Assembly: GCF_963921235.1 (NCBI RefSeq) | Contig: NC_086108.1 | Span: 73,410,001 to 73,474,000, forward strand | Length of the DNA stretch: 64,000 nt | Source of the DNA: Mobula hypostoma | Taxonomy: Eukaryota | Reading direction: 5' to 3' | Part shown: positions 37,395-50,940 of the stretch, piece after piece | Layout of the letters: each line of letters begins with the position of its first letter | How positions within the stretch are numbered: the first letter of the stretch is position 1 | Made by a program: the position numbers and the translations under genes | The notes under the pieces: generated by a model | Databases searched by the model: none | What the model was told of the DNA's origin: nothing | Seen by the model: the letters and a program-made list of their open reading frames with translations, nothing else

Positions 37395-38090
37395 ATAAGA
37401 CCATAGGGCATAGGAGCAGAATTAAACCACCTAGTTTATGGATTCAATCATGGTGGATCCTTTTTTTTCTACACCCTCCTCAACCCCAGCTCCTGGCTTT
37501 CTCCCCGTAACCTTTGATGCCATGTCCAATTAAGAACCTATCAATTTCTGCCTTAAATACACCCAATGGCCTGACCTCCACAGCTGCATGTGGCAACAAA
37601 TTCCACAAATTCACCACCCTTTGGCTGAAGAAATTTCTCTTCATCTCTGTTGTGAAAGGGCACCCCTCTATCCTGAGGCTGTGCCCTCTTGTCCTAGACT
37701 CTCCCACCATGGAAAACATCCTTTCCACATCTACTCTGTTTAGGCCTTTCAACATTCGAAATGTTTCGGTGAGCTCCCCCCTCATCCTTCTAAATTCCAG
37801 CAAGTACAGACCCAAAGCCATCAACCGTTCCTTGTATAATAAACCTTTCATTCCTAATGCTAATATGGCATTTGCCTTCCTCATCACCGACTCAACCTGC
37901 AAGTTAACCTTTAGGGTGTTCTGCACAAGGACTCCCAAGTCCCTCTGCATCTCAGATTCCTGGATTTTTTCCCCATTTAGAAAATAGTCAGCACATTTAT
38001 TTCTACTACCAAAGTCCATAGCCATGCATTTTCCAACATTGTATTTTATTTGCCGCTTTCTTGCCCATTATCCGAATCTGTTTGAGTCCT
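37395..38090 (-). mobile_element. CR1 3' fragment with internal deletion
   Basis: ORF 37480..38025 (QRDLGVLV..KANA|GMKGLLY..TRGHSL..VVNLWNLLP). Confidence 0.9.
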
Positions 38091-39065
38091 ATCTTAGTAT
38101 GTTTCTCTCCTTTACAATATTTATTTACATTTATAAATCTCTTATGTTAACTTTATGTAATTTTTAATGTATTGCACTGTACTGCTACCGCAAAATCACA
38201 AAGCTCATTTCACAACATACGTCAGTGATAGTGATTCTGAATTCAGTACTTTCAGTCAAGGAGAATCTACTTTTTGGATTTAACAGCATTGCTGCTGCAT
38301 TTCGTGGGGATTGTAGCCACTCTTGCCCAGAGATGATTTCACGCGCAGTTAATATCTGCAGCTCAGAGAACATCAACTCGACATCGAGAGGCAAAGTTTG
38401 AGTTACAGGTATTGAAATACACGAGCGACATATAAAGTTACCTCAACCTTTTCCCACAGGATGCAATTATAAAATTCAAAGTTTGAAGTAAATTTTATTA
38501 TCAAAGTACAAATATAGTATGTCATCATATACAACTCAGATTCATTTTCCTGCAGGCATACTCAGTAAATATATAGAATAGTAACTATAACAGGATCAAA
38601 GAAAGATCAACCAGAGTGCAGAAAACAACAAACTGTGCAAATGCAAATATAAATAAATATTAATAAATAACAAGAATATGAGACAATGAGATAAAAAGTC
38701 CTTAAAGTGACATCATTGGTTGTGAGAAACATCACAATGGATGGGCAAGTGAGTGTAGTTATACCCTTTATTCAAGAGCCTGATGACTGTGGGGTAGTAA
38801 CTGTTCTTGAACGGTGGAGCAAGTCCTGAGGCTCTTGCACCTTCTACTTGATGGCACAGTGAGAAAAAAGCATGGCCCCAGTGATGGAGATCTCTTTTGA
38901 TGTGTGCTACTATCCTACAACAGCATTTCAGTGGTTAGAAGGGCTTTACCGGTGATGTACTGGGTCAAATCCACTACCTTTTGTAGGATTTTCCATTCAA
39001 ACGTATTGGCGTTTCCACACCAGTGACTGATGCAGCCAGTCAATACACCTCCAACTGCACAGCTA

Positions 39066-39940
39066 CTTAACTTTACTTTATTGTCACCAAACAATTGATA
39101 CTAGAGCATACAATCATCACAGTGATATTTGATTCTGCATTTCGCGCTCCCTGGAGTACAAATTGATAGTAAATATTAAAATTTTAAATTATAAATCATA
39201 AATAGAAACTAGAAAAGGGGAAGTAAGGTAGCGCAAAAAAAACCAGAAGCAGGTCCAGACATTTGGAGGGTACGGCCCAGATCCGGGTCAGAATCCGTTC
39301 AGCGGTCTTATCATAGTTGGAAAGAAGCTGTTCCCAAATCTGGCTGTACAAGTCTTCAAGCTCCTGAGCCTTCTCCCGGAGGGAAGAGGGACGAGAAGTG
39401 TGTTGGCTGGGTGGGTCGTGTCCTTGATTATCCTGGCAGAACTGCTCCGACAGCGTGCGGTGTAAAGTGAGTCCAAGGACGGAAGATGGGTTTGTGTGAT
39501 GTGCTGGGCTGTGTTCACAATCTCCTGCAGCTTCTTCCAGTCTTGGACAGAACAACTTCCATACCAGGTTGTGATGCACCCTAGAAGAATGCTTTCTACG
39601 GTGCATCTATAAAAATTCGTGAGGGTTTTAGGGGACAGACCAAATTTCTTTAGCTTTCTCAGGAAGTAAAGGCACTGGTGGGCCTTCTTGGCAGTGGACT
39701 CTGCTTGGTTGGACCAAGTCAGGTCATTTGTGATATTGACCCCGAGGAACTTAAAGCTTCTGACCTGTTCCACTTGCGCACCACCGGTGTAAATGGGGTC
39801 GTGCGGTCCGCTACTCCTTCTGAAATCAACAACTAATCCCTTCGTCTTGCTGACGTTGAGGGATAGGTTATTGTCTTCGCACCATGCCACCAGGTTCTTA
39901 ATTTCCTCTCTGTACTCAAACTCATCATTACCCGAGATAG
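39066..39940 (-). mobile_element. Younger 5'-truncated Rex1/Babar LINE
   Basis: Uninterrupted 200-aa ORF 39288..39890 (WCEDNNLSLNVSKTK...PSGRRLRS...SFFP); (AAAGT)n tail. Confidence 0.9.
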
Positions 39941-40205
39941 CAATCTGTCAAAGTTTTAGATGTCATGCAGAATCTCCGCAGACTCCTAAGGAAGTAGGGG
40001 TACTAACGTGCCTTCTTCGCAATAGCACTTATGTGTTAGGCCCAAGTCAGATTTTCTGAAAGAGTAACACCCAGGAATTTAAAGTTGCTAACCCGCTCCA
40101 CCTCCGATCCTCTGATGAGGACTGGCTCATGGACCTCTGCTTTCCCTGTCCTGCAACCTACAATCAGTTCCTTGGTCTTGCTGACATTGAGTGAGAGGTT
40201 GTTGT

Positions 40206-41982
40206 TGTGTCTGTACAACTAATGTCAAATAAATAAATGCATTCTTTTGTCTGTAGAGGTAGTGAAGGAACTTCTTTATTCCCCATAGTAGACTAAAAGC
40301 CTTTTGGTCAATCTGTGAGCAGTTGTGTTCTTGCACTTGTCAGTGATCTTGAAGCAAGTGCAATCGGACGTTCAGATCTATCTTCTACAGTGTATGACAA
40401 AACGCCATAAGGGGACGCATCACATACCAGTCTGATGGGCAGAGATGGGTCATAATGGGAGAGCAGTTCATCTGATGTTATTAGTTCCTTTGTTTCCTTG
40501 AACGCTCTTTCACATCTTTCTGACCATTCCCACTTAGCTTCAGTCTGCAACTGCGCATTCAATGGATGCAGCACTGAAGTAATGTTTGGGAGAAACCAGT
40601 GATAGTAGTTTACAAGGCCCAAGTATGACCTGAGTTGTGACACATTTTCTGGTTTGGGTGTCTGTAGCACAGCTTCAATCTTCTCTTGTAACTTATGTAA
40701 GCCATGCTTGTCAATGATATGTCCACAACATGAGATTTCATTCTTGAAAAACTCACATTTCTCTCTCTTTACACGCAGACCACATTCACACCCCAGTAAA
40801 CAATTTACCAATGTTCTGGAGGAGCTCTTCATCATTTTTGACAGTCACGATGATGTCATTAACGTAACATTTTTCTCCTGGGATATCTTGGAGCATTTGG
40901 TCTATTTGCTCTTTGCCAAATTGCTATAACAGTCCCTTGTGGGTATTGATTACGAGGGACTTTCTGCTTCACTGCTCAATCCCCATTTGCAGATTGGCTT
41001 GTGATAGTCAATCTTTGAAGATGTTTCCCCCACCCCCCACAAAGATGCAAATATGTCTTCTATTCGTGGCAGGGAATACTGCACAGTACGCAACACAGGG
41101 TTGATGCTCACTTTGAAGTACCCGTATACATGAACAGCTCCAGCCTTCCCTTTCTTGATCACCAGGACAATAGGCATGCCCCAGTCACTCCACTCAGTCT
41201 TGGAGAGAATGCCATATGCCTCACAGTATTGGGAAAGTTTGCGTAGTTCTGCAATGTATTCACAAATGCTTTCATCCTTTGACTGGTTCCCTTTGTTACA
41301 TTTAAATCCTTGAGCTATTACTAGCAGTTTAGGGCTGAAGTGATTTTATGAAATAGTAATAATTTCATTGAACGTCTTGCTTGCTGGCTTTTCAGGGGTT
41401 ACTAAGTTGCATAAAAGCTTGTATGTTTTAGCACCCATTAAACTAAGAAGTGTGCATACTTTCCTTTCCTCGTCCACATCATGCTCATGACAATACAGTT
41501 CACCCCTCCTGACAAACAATTCCTTGTCCTCATTAGCACTACCAACTTCATCAACTATCCTGCCTAAGGATATCATCATGTTATTTTCACTTGAAGTTTG
41601 CTAGTTGTGCATCTTTCACTGTGTACTGTTACCCACACATCTCTTTGTTCACCTCCTTGACGGTCTTCTCCATACTGGCTAATTTTATCCTCTCACTCTC
41701 TCTCTCCCTTCCAAAATCTGTCATCCCGTAATTGTCCATGCAGTTGGTGATGTATGCTGACATTCAGGTTCGTACTCATCACCAATTTGTTTGTCTGTAC
41801 AACTACATAACAAATAAATAAAGGCAAGCATATGGGAGGAAGGTTAACTGGTGAAGTGTAAGAGAAAGAGCAGATCAATGCGCATGTGTAGGCAACAGGT
41901 CGATGTGCACAGCTAAGTTATCAGTCCATACATAGTGCTAAGGGGAGTCATTGCTCTAAAAGAAATAGATCCATACATTAGA
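40206..41982 (-). mobile_element. Internally deleted Gypsy LTR retrotransposon
   Basis: gag (LLSLMGAKTYKLLCNLVTPEKP), RT/RNase H (KCEFF, LRSYLGLVNYY, CDASPYG, ERPIALASRSL); 5' LTR ~41788-41982, PBS-like TGGTGATGAG next to it, remnant 3' LTR end 40206-40240; TSD GTTGT. Confidence 0.85.
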
Positions 41983-42599
41983 GTTGTTATGACACCACTC
42001 AGCCAAATTTTCAATCTCCCTCCTGTATACTGATTCATCACCACCTTCGATTCAGCCCACAACCTTGGTGCCATCACCCAACTTGAATGTAGGAGCTGTG
42101 CTTAGTGACATAGTAATAGGTATAAACTGAGGAGAGCAAGGGGCTAAACACACAGCCCAGTGGTCCAACTCTGCAGATGAAGATTGTGGAGGAAATGTTG
42201 TTGCCAATCCAAACTGCTTGGGGTCTACAACTGAAGAAATCCAGGATCCAATTGCACAAGGAGGTATTGAGACCAAGGTCTTGGAGTTTAATGATTAGTT
42301 TTGAGGGAATTGAATGCTGAGCTGTAGTCGATAAAGGACATCCTGATGGATGCATCCTTGCTGTCTAGATGTTCCAGGGTTGAGTGAAGAGCCATGAGAT
42401 GGACCTATTGATCTGGTAGGCAAAAAGGAGTGGATCCAAGTCATCTCTCTGGCAGAAGCTGACATGTTTCATCACCAGACTCTTAAAACACTTAATGAAG
42501 ACTATTCAAGACTTTGGAAAGAGAGATAGGTCCAGCAATGTAAAAGATAATGGATGAGAAGCTGAAGACCCTGCTTTCATCCAATAGATTTGAAGTCTT

Positions 42600-44130
42600 C
42601 TTAACACCTCCCTGTAGACATGCCTAAAGACCACAGTGGGGACAAGAAAACTGACCATGGTACCATGGCACAGGAAGCCACTTAAATGGGGATAGTTAAA
42701 AGAAATGTGTTTGCCATCAGAGAGACAGATTTTGAGGGAGGTGGATGTTTTGAAGTGGGGTAAATATATTTCAGGGGATAGGCGCTGTGCTCTGACATCA
42801 GGAGAAGGGCAATTACCTCGTAATAATTGAGCATTGTGCATTTACAACACAGTGAATTTGATCAGGAAAGTGAATGCATGGCCCAAATGTTGGTGTCAGG
42901 AGAAGTGGCTTTTGGTTTGTGATGCACTGTATTGGGAATGAAGGAGCTGCTCTTTTAGAGTGAACCATACCTGAACCACACTGCGACCAAGCTCTAGCTA
43001 GGTAAATGAAGCTTTAAAGTAAGTAAGGAGGAGGAGGCTGGTAGGGATGATCCTGGTGGAGAGTAACTTAGAATGCTAGGAAGCAAAAAGAAGGAAGCAG
43101 AGCATGAGAATGATTGGGATACGTACCTACAGGTTGTGTCAGGAAGGGACAGAGTTTACAAACAAAAGAGTACATCACCACAAAGTGCCAGGCAAGAAAC
43201 AAACGCAATGACAATCAAGACTAAAATCCAAAATAAAAACACTAAGATGTCTAAAGTTGTTGAAAAGATACATCTCAAACTGCATAAAGCATTTGCTAAC
43301 AGGTAAATGAATAAAAGCTGAAATTGGTGTAAACAGATACAATGTATTTGCTATTGCATAGCTGTGGTGTGGGATGATATCTAAATATCCAATGATATTT
43401 AATATTTAAGAAGGATAAGCAAAAAGGTTAACGAGATGAGGAGCTGTTATTTGTAAATGATGACATCTATAAAATAGTGAGAAAGGGTGTTAGTTTGGGA
43501 AACGGGATGTGGTATCACAAGAGAGACTGTGGAAGCTGGAAACCTGGAGGAACCTAGCTCCAGGATGTGATACCGGTCTGGCTGGAGTCAAAGAGCACCA
43601 GTATGCAGGACACTGGAGGGAACTATCTACGTTACCTCCAAGCAGCAATGTCAGGGATGGCGTCAAAGCAAGAAGATTTGAATTCAGGAGCAAAAAGTCT
43701 TGTTGCAGTTACACAAGGCTTTAGTAAAACACATTTAGAGTACTAGAGTATTGTGCAGTTTTGATTTCCTTATCTTAAGAAGGATAAACTTGCCATAAGG
43801 AGAGTGGAACAAATGTTCACCAGACTGATACTTGGATGATGAGTCTGAACATGAGGAGAGATTACAGAAACTGGCTTTGCAACTAATAGTTTAGAAGAAT
43901 GAGAGGCAATCTTATTTAAACTTATAACATTCTTACTGGGCTGGACGCACTGGATGCGAGAAGAATGTGTCACCTATCCAGAGTGCCTCAAATTGGGGGT
44001 CGCAGTTTCAGGATGCAGCATTGAGGATTGAGACGAGGAGAGATGTCTTCACAAGAGATGGTTTCCTGTAAAATTTGCCAACATAGTGGGCTCTGAAGGC
44101 AAAGGCACTGATTGCATTTAAGAAAGAGAC
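42600..44130 (+). mobile_element. Very old, heavily deleted CR1
   Basis: Residual esterase-like end (~42960-43022), EN-like segment and 3' motifs (gagtattgtgcagtttt..ccttatcttaagaaggata, tttagaagaatgagagg). Confidence 0.6.
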
Positions 44131-44457
44131 AGAATTTAAATTGTTAAATTGTTAATTCACATTGTCAAGCTCCTTGGATGTTGATACAGCTGCAGTCAAC
44201 CATGCAAGTGAAGAGAATTCCATCACATTATTGATGTTTAAATGTTAGAGCTTTGCTATTTATTGCAGAATGCACAGCCTCTAACATTTTTTGTAGCTAT
44301 AGTATTTGTGTGGAATTCCAGTAACAACAATGGTATTTCCATGGAACGGTAAAGTTTTGGAAATTTGCCATCACCTGGCATTTGTATGGCAAAAATATCA
44401 CTTGCCACAGATCAGCCCCTGAATAAATACTTCTGTATCCTAGCATGGATGGTTTCA

Positions 44458-44635
44458 TTATAAGACCATAAAACATAGGAGCAAAATTTGGCTACTCGGC
44501 CCATCAAATCCGCTCCACAGTTCACAAATCCTCATGATAGATTTATTATCCGTCTCAAATCCATTCTCTTACCTTTCCCCCGTAAACCTTGACACCCTTA
44601 CTAATCAAGAACCTATCTACTTCCGCCTTAAATTA
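44458..44635 (-). mobile_element. CR1 3' end
   Basis: ataagaccataaaacataggagcaaaatttggc tail signature. Confidence 0.75.
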
Positions 44636-45042
44636 TCTGAAAGAATTGGGAAAGAAAGTAGACATTCTGAAGTCAGGATTGAATAGCTCCACTTCTGATC
44701 CAATGATCAAGTCAAGTCCATTGCCGAAGCCATTGGGGACTGCAGATGTGGATTCTGAAGCAAAACAATACCAATGGAGAAACTGAGCAGGTCTAGCAAA
44801 ATCTGTGGGGCAAAGGGATGCTCGAAATATACAAATGTGATTATCTTCGGGTGAGTTGCTATACTCTAGAAATTTATCTAGATTAGAAATTGCAAGTGTT
44901 CATAAAATTGAGCTAAGAGATACCATATTCAGAATTGCACTGCTCCATATACCTCATGTAAAAAATACTCTATAAATATTCATCATTGCCAGGGCTAGAG
45001 GGCCTGAGTTACAGGGAAAGGATTTAGTATGAATAACTGAAG

Positions 45043-46370
45043 CTTTGAGTTTAAGGAACAATCATGGCCAGAACTAAGTTTTGTAAGTTGAATTAAAATT
45101 TCTTCCACACATTCTTTAAGTTATGCCATGAAATTTTAATGCTGTTGTGAAGCAGCAAATGTTGCCTTTATTTAATATTTCTTAGAGGATAACATGCTGA
45201 ATATTGCAGAATTACTTGGGAATAGCAACGTTGTTTTAACCTAGATATGAACCCAGAAGTCCTTCATCATCTAGAGTCGACAGCACTTCAAGTGAAGGAA
45301 CTTGTCAAATGAAGCAAACGTAGAACGTGGAACAGTACGATATAGTACAGGCCCATCTGCCTCCAATGAATGGCAGGGCAGACTTGAACGGCTATATAGG
45401 GAGGTTGGTCAGGCTAAGTCTTTATTTCTCGGAGCATAGGAGAATGAGGCGTGACCTTATACATGATTATGAAATCATGAGGGACATAGGTAAGGTGGAT
45501 GGTGGCAGCCATTTCCCCAGGGTAAGCGAGTACAAAACTGGGGGGCATAGTTATAAGGGGAGAGGGAGAAGATTTCTAAAGGGACAAGGAACAACCTCTT
45601 CACACAGTGTATGGCAAGTATATGGAATGAAATAGCAGAGGAAAATACAATAGTATCATTTAAGCAGCACTCTGATAAGTAGGTGCAAGGGTGGGGCTTA
45701 GAGGGTTATGGGCCAACCACAGGAGACTGGGACTAGATAGTAGTCAGCATGGACTCCTCGGGCTGAAGGGACTACATCCGTGCTGTATCACTCCATGACT
45801 TCCCTTATGACTCTTAAGGATACTTTTTTGTATTCTGATGCAGAATTTCAACCTAAAACATCAATAATTTATTCCCGCTAACTGATGCTGCTGGACTCTG
45901 AGGCACTGAGTTCCTCCAACAAGCTGTTTACTGTAATAAGTGTTCATTGATCTCCATTCACTATTAATTATCCATTCTCAGGGTCTAAAGTTCAAAGTAT
46001 ATTTATTATCAAAGAATGTATACTTTATACTTGACATTCATCTCCATAGTCTGAGGATCCAGGACTTTGAGTTCAAGGAGCAATCATGGCCAGGACCAAG
46101 TTTTACAACTTGAATTAAAATTTCTTCCACACATTCTTTAACTTATGCCATGAAATTTTAATGTCCTTGTGAAACAGCAAAATGTTGCCTCTGTTTAATA
46201 TTTCTTAGAGGAATACATACTGCATATTGCAGAACTGCCAGGGAATAGCAATGTTGCTTTAACCTAGCTATGAACCCAGAAGTCCTTCATCATCTAGAAT
46301 CAGCAACTCTTCAAATGAGGGAACTTGTCGAATGAAATAAACATAGAACAAAGAACAATACAGGCCCTTC
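45043..46370 (+). repeat. Local direct duplication of ~310 bp (copies ~45043-45352 and ~46065-46370)
   Basis: Shared blocks ttgaattaaaatttcttccacacattcttta and tatgaacccagaagtccttcatcatctaga. Confidence 0.9.
45390..45815 (+). mobile_element. CR1 3' fragment
   Basis: SLYFSEHRRMRRDLI...KTGGHS; ctccatgact tail. Confidence 0.7.
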
Positions 46371-47020
46371 AGCCTATGATGTAGTGCCAACTTTTTAATA
46401 CACTCCAAGATCAATTGCCCCCCATCCCCACATAGCCCTCCACTTTTCTTTCATCCATATGCCTATGCCTGTCTAAGATTTTCTTAAATGTCCCTACTGT
46501 ATCTGTATCTACCACCACAGTTGGCAGTATGTTCCACACACCCACTACTCTAATGTAAAAATAAACTACCCCTGACATCCACTCCCCCCATACTTTCCTA
46601 CAATCACCTTCAAATTATGCATTCTTGTATTAGCCATTTCTGCCCTGGGAAAAAGGCACTGGCTGCCCTCTCTATCAATTCAATTCTCATACACCTCCAT
46701 CAAGGAGCGCAAAGCCCAGAATCAAATATCACTGTGATGATTGTACATTCTAGTATCAATTGTTTGGCAACAATAAAGTAAAGTATAAAGTCATCTCCTA
46801 TTCTCCTTCACTCCAGTGAGAAAAACCCTAGCTCACTCAAACTTTCCTCATAAGACATGCTCTCTAATCCAGGCAGCATCTTGGTAAATCTCATCTGTAC
46901 CAACTAAAGCCTCCACATCCTTCCTATAATGAGGCAATCAGAAATGAACACAATACTCCAGGTATGGTCGAACCAGAGGTTTACAGAGCAGCGCCATTAC
47001 CTTATGGCTCTCGAACTCAA
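46340..47020 (-). mobile_element. CR1 3' fragment
   Basis: catagaacaaagaacaatacaggccc tail; reverse of PYLEYCVHF, MLPGLESMSY. Confidence 0.8.
46703..46791 (+). mobile_element. ~90-bp Rex1-type LINE 3' tail inserted in CR1
   Basis: Same sequence and same 5' start as 11156-11252; CR1 resumes at tcatctcc. Confidence 0.8.
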
Positions 47021-47228
47021 ATGGGATCAAAGTAGATCCCATGACATTCTTTTTTGCTGTTTTCCATAAATCAGCAGTACTCAATAATTTTTTTCTCTGT
47101 CACTAGGCCTTCTCCTATCATCATCACACAAAATGTTGAGCATAATGTTGTCCCAAGAATTATTCTTCCTCCTCATCTGCATTGATTTAGCCAACTGAGT
47201 TGAATTAGGAATATGGGCATATTTCAGA

Positions 47229-47866
47229 AAGGAGAAGGGAGGGGAAGATGGCGGCGCGCTGTTCTGAATGATATCGATATGTGTTAACGAGGGGGCCATG
47301 CACAATCCGGATTTGATGGAGACAGCCATGAGAAGCACAGAGGAACACCTGGAGAAACTTCTGAAATGCCCGATTCACTGCTGCTGCTACTGTGCGATCG
47401 AGAATCTCTGGAGGGGAAGGCCCCAAATCCTCGGCTTTGCCTATTGCCTGTTGCCAGGGCCGGGGTCGAAGCACTCGGCAGAGATGGTGCTCGGTGTTGG
47501 AGAGCTGTTCGGAGGCTCGGGGTTTTCGGACGGACTCGGAGTCGGACTGTGGTCGGATGCTTCCAGGGTGCTGCATCGGCAAGATTGCAGCGCTGGAGGT
47601 TCACCGTCTGTGTGAGATGATGGAACTTTCGAGAGACTTTGAGACTTTTTACCGTGCCCATAGTCTGTTCTTTATCAAAATACAGTATTGCTTTGCACTG
47701 TTGTAACTATATGTTATAATAATGTGGTTTTTGTCAGTTTTTCAGTAGGTTTGTCTTGTGTTTCTGTGATGTCATTCTGGAGAAACATTGTATCATTTCT
47801 TAATGCATGCATTTACTAAATGACAATAAAAGAGGACTGCGTGTCCTCATAATCTAATCTAATCTA
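47229..47866 (+). mobile_element. Non-autonomous non-LTR retroelement (LINE 5'/3' UTR type)
   Basis: AAGATGGCGGCG near the 5' end, CpG-rich head, AATAAA, GAGGAC-tgcgt-GTCCTC hairpin, (AATCT)n tail; near-TSD ATTTCAGA/ATTTCTGA. Confidence 0.7.
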
Positions 47867-49609
47867 ATTTCTGATCACAGAACTGATGATTAAAATATAA
47901 ATTAACATCCTCACCCTGGATTGTGGCCTGATAATCTATGAAAAACATTTGTGCAATAGTTTTATTCAAGAACAAAATGGTCAAGTCTATGAAATCTGCA
48001 ATATAGACGAATCATTCCACAGGCCATTCAAGTTTCTACTTCATTCTTGAAGTTAATTTTATTATGGTTATTCTAAATTATCCTATTTCTTTTACTGGAC
48101 TATGTTGAACATCCAATTGATTCTAAACCTTAAATAAAATGGAAAATGCCGGAGACACCACATCTGTAAAAGGAGAAAAGAGAGCTAATGCTTTAAGTCA
48201 AATCTCTTCATCAAAACGGAAATGCTGCCTGATCTGCCGAGTATCTCCACCATTTTCAGTTTTATTTCAGAATTCCAGAACCTGCTGATTTTTGCATTTC
48301 AACTACAACTTCCATTTTCTCAACAACTGTAGAACCTCAATGAGCTAAAGATAACTGAACAGCCGTCAACATCACTGTTATTGTGAGAATATTTTTAAGC
48401 CATGATTCTTGCACCTTCTACTTCCTCCACTCGGGCTTTATAAGACAATTCTAAAATAGAGTTTTTCAATATCCTCAGACAAGGACAAAATCTACACCAA
48501 CTCTACTATGTTATTGCCAAGTCATATTCAGGTCCTGACATCTGCAATGTGACTGATAATTGATACCAGAATTCATTTTCAGATTGTACATGCCATTGCA
48601 ACATGTAACATATAACAATATTGCCATACTTTTATCCTTATAAAGCAAGACAACAATGAGCAGTGGTGCATGAGTTACTGATAAAATATGTAATATTCAC
48701 GTGACACATGATTGAACACAAATCGGTGAGCGCTTGCACTTATTTGATTTGTTTCTTTCTCACTCGTCCTATCAGTTTAATCAGTGGCTCTTTAATATAG
48801 TTGTGTAGCTGCAGACTAAAGCTAAGATTTGTCATGTCGCAATACAATACTTAGAAGCTGAATCCCCAGAGTTCAGATAGAACCACCTGTAATCAGTGGT
48901 TTACCCTATGGAGTACTGTGACTCCATCTGCCTCACTGCGGAGGATGGTAATCATTTTAATTCTCTTCACTATGCAGTATGTTAGCTGGGTAATGACACT
49001 TACTTAAATTACAGTATGATTGACTATGCAAATGGGCCAACTGAACTGCTCATCATTCTCATTATTAAGTGCTGGGACAAAATTAGGAGACACGATAATC
49101 TAAATGTAACCATTTTGAGTCTAATACAAAGTACTAAATATAAGCCCGTTCCATCCCTTAAGATAGCATAGCTATTTGAAAACAATGATTTCAAACCGGA
49201 AAATATCAAAACCCTTCTAAAGATACTTCACCATTTAGAATATTGTGGTGATTTGTAACATACCCTTAACCACCCAATGAAAAACAGGCCAACCCAGGGC
49301 ATCTGGTGGATTTTGCCCATGTATATAGCCAGGGACTTAGGGTAAACAGAAGTAGCTGGAAATTCAGAGTAAAACACACACAAAAAATGCTGGAGTAGTT
49401 CAGCAGCACAGGCAGCATCTATAGAGGGTGTTTCAGGCAGAGACCCTTCAGAACTGTGCATATAGGGAGGCTGATTTTCAGAATGTGCTCACAACTCTCT
49501 ACAAGTTTTTTACTTGTGTATATGACAATCAACTTTTATGTGACTTTGACTTGTACCAACATAGACCACAATCTCTGCCTGCTCATCCTCCATTTTCAAA
49601 ATGTCCAGC

Positions 49610-50030
49610 GCCTGCTCCGAGTCATCCTTCACCCTGACACTAGAGAAGCAGGACTCCATCCTGGAGTCTCACTCACATACACAGAAACGCCTGTCTGTCC
49701 TCTTATGACTACGAAACCTTACGACTCACCTGAACTTTGACCTTCCCTGCAGTACACAATGGGTTATGATGCCACTGGTCTTGATGCTGCCCAACCACAT
49801 TTCCAATGAATAATATCCAAGTGATATACATCTTAAGGAATAGAATAGCTAGAGGAGACTCCTGCACTGCTTGCCAGCCTCTACTGGCAGTTAACCATCT
49901 ACTTGGCAGAATTTTCCATGTGTTCACTTCCTTTCTTTGATACTTTCTGCGTGCTGTATTCTATATGCTCCTCAGTGAGTCTGACTGATCCATGTAGTGT
50001 GAAAGGAACTCCAAATGGACACACTTCCTG
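49610..50030 (-). mobile_element. Old CR1 ORF1-region remnant
   Basis: ggagactcctgcact...ctggcagttaaccatct and ccatcctggagtctc resemble CR1 ORF1 DNA; very degenerate. Confidence 0.4.
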
Positions 50031-50127
50031 ATGTTGCACAATTCAAATAGGAGCACACCACTCTGCCTGAACTTAGGAACGTTTAGTATTTCCCTGCTAG
50101 ATAATATGCATTCCTGTCATTGATGGT

Positions 50128-50925
50128 CCAGAATCAAGTTTATTATCTCTGGCATATGTTATGAAATGTGTTATTTTGTGGCAGAAGTACAGTGCAAGAC
50201 ATAAAGTTATGATAAATTACAAAAGAGAACAGTACAAAATGATTAATGAGTTACTGTTCATGGACCATTCAGTGCAGAGGGAAAGAAACTATTTTTAAAA
50301 TTTTGCGTGTGATCTTCAAGCTCTCATACCTCCTCTCCAATGGTAGTAAGATGAAGAGGGCAGGCCAGGATGGTAAGCGTCCTTAATAACAGGTGCCCCA
50401 TTTTTGAGGCACCGCCTCCTGAAGAAGTCCTCAATGGCCAGAAGGGTTGTTTCCCATGATAGAACTGGCTAAGTCTACAATGCTCTGCAGCCTTTTGCAA
50501 TCCTGTGCAATGAAGCTTCTATTCTAGGCAGTGAATCAGTCAGTATACACTCCAAGGTACATCTCTTGAAAGTTGCAAGAGTCTTTGATGCCATACCAAA
50601 TCTTCTCAAACTCCGAATGTGTTGTCTTATTTGCGATTGCATCAATATGTTGGGCCCAGGATAGATCGTCTGAGACCTCAACACCCAGGTGCTTGAAGCT
50701 GTTTATCCATTCCACCATTGGCCCCTTAATGAGGACTGGCGCGCGTGCTCTTGACTTCCTCTTCCTGAAATCCACATTTATTTTCTTGGTCTTGCTGATG
50801 TTGAGTGCAAGGTTGTTGTTGTGACACCATTCAACCAGCTGATCTATCTCACTCTTGTGTGCGTCCTAATCATCATCTGACATTCTGCCAATAACAATGG
50901 TGTCACGGATGAATTTATAGATGGC
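50128..50925 (-). mobile_element. Rex1/Babar LINE fragment
   Basis: IYKFIRDTIV, DFRKRK, SFKHLGV.VSDDLSW; agaatcaagtttattatc tail. Confidence 0.8.
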
Positions 50926-50940
50926 CAGCAAAGCAGTTAA

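Larger units (their letters stand above)
38475..42500 (-). mobile_element. Rex1/Babar LINE hosting a second Rex element and a Gypsy element
   Basis: Collinear host pieces 38475-39062, 39941-40205, 41983-42500 ([31 protein letters not shown]). Confidence 0.8.
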
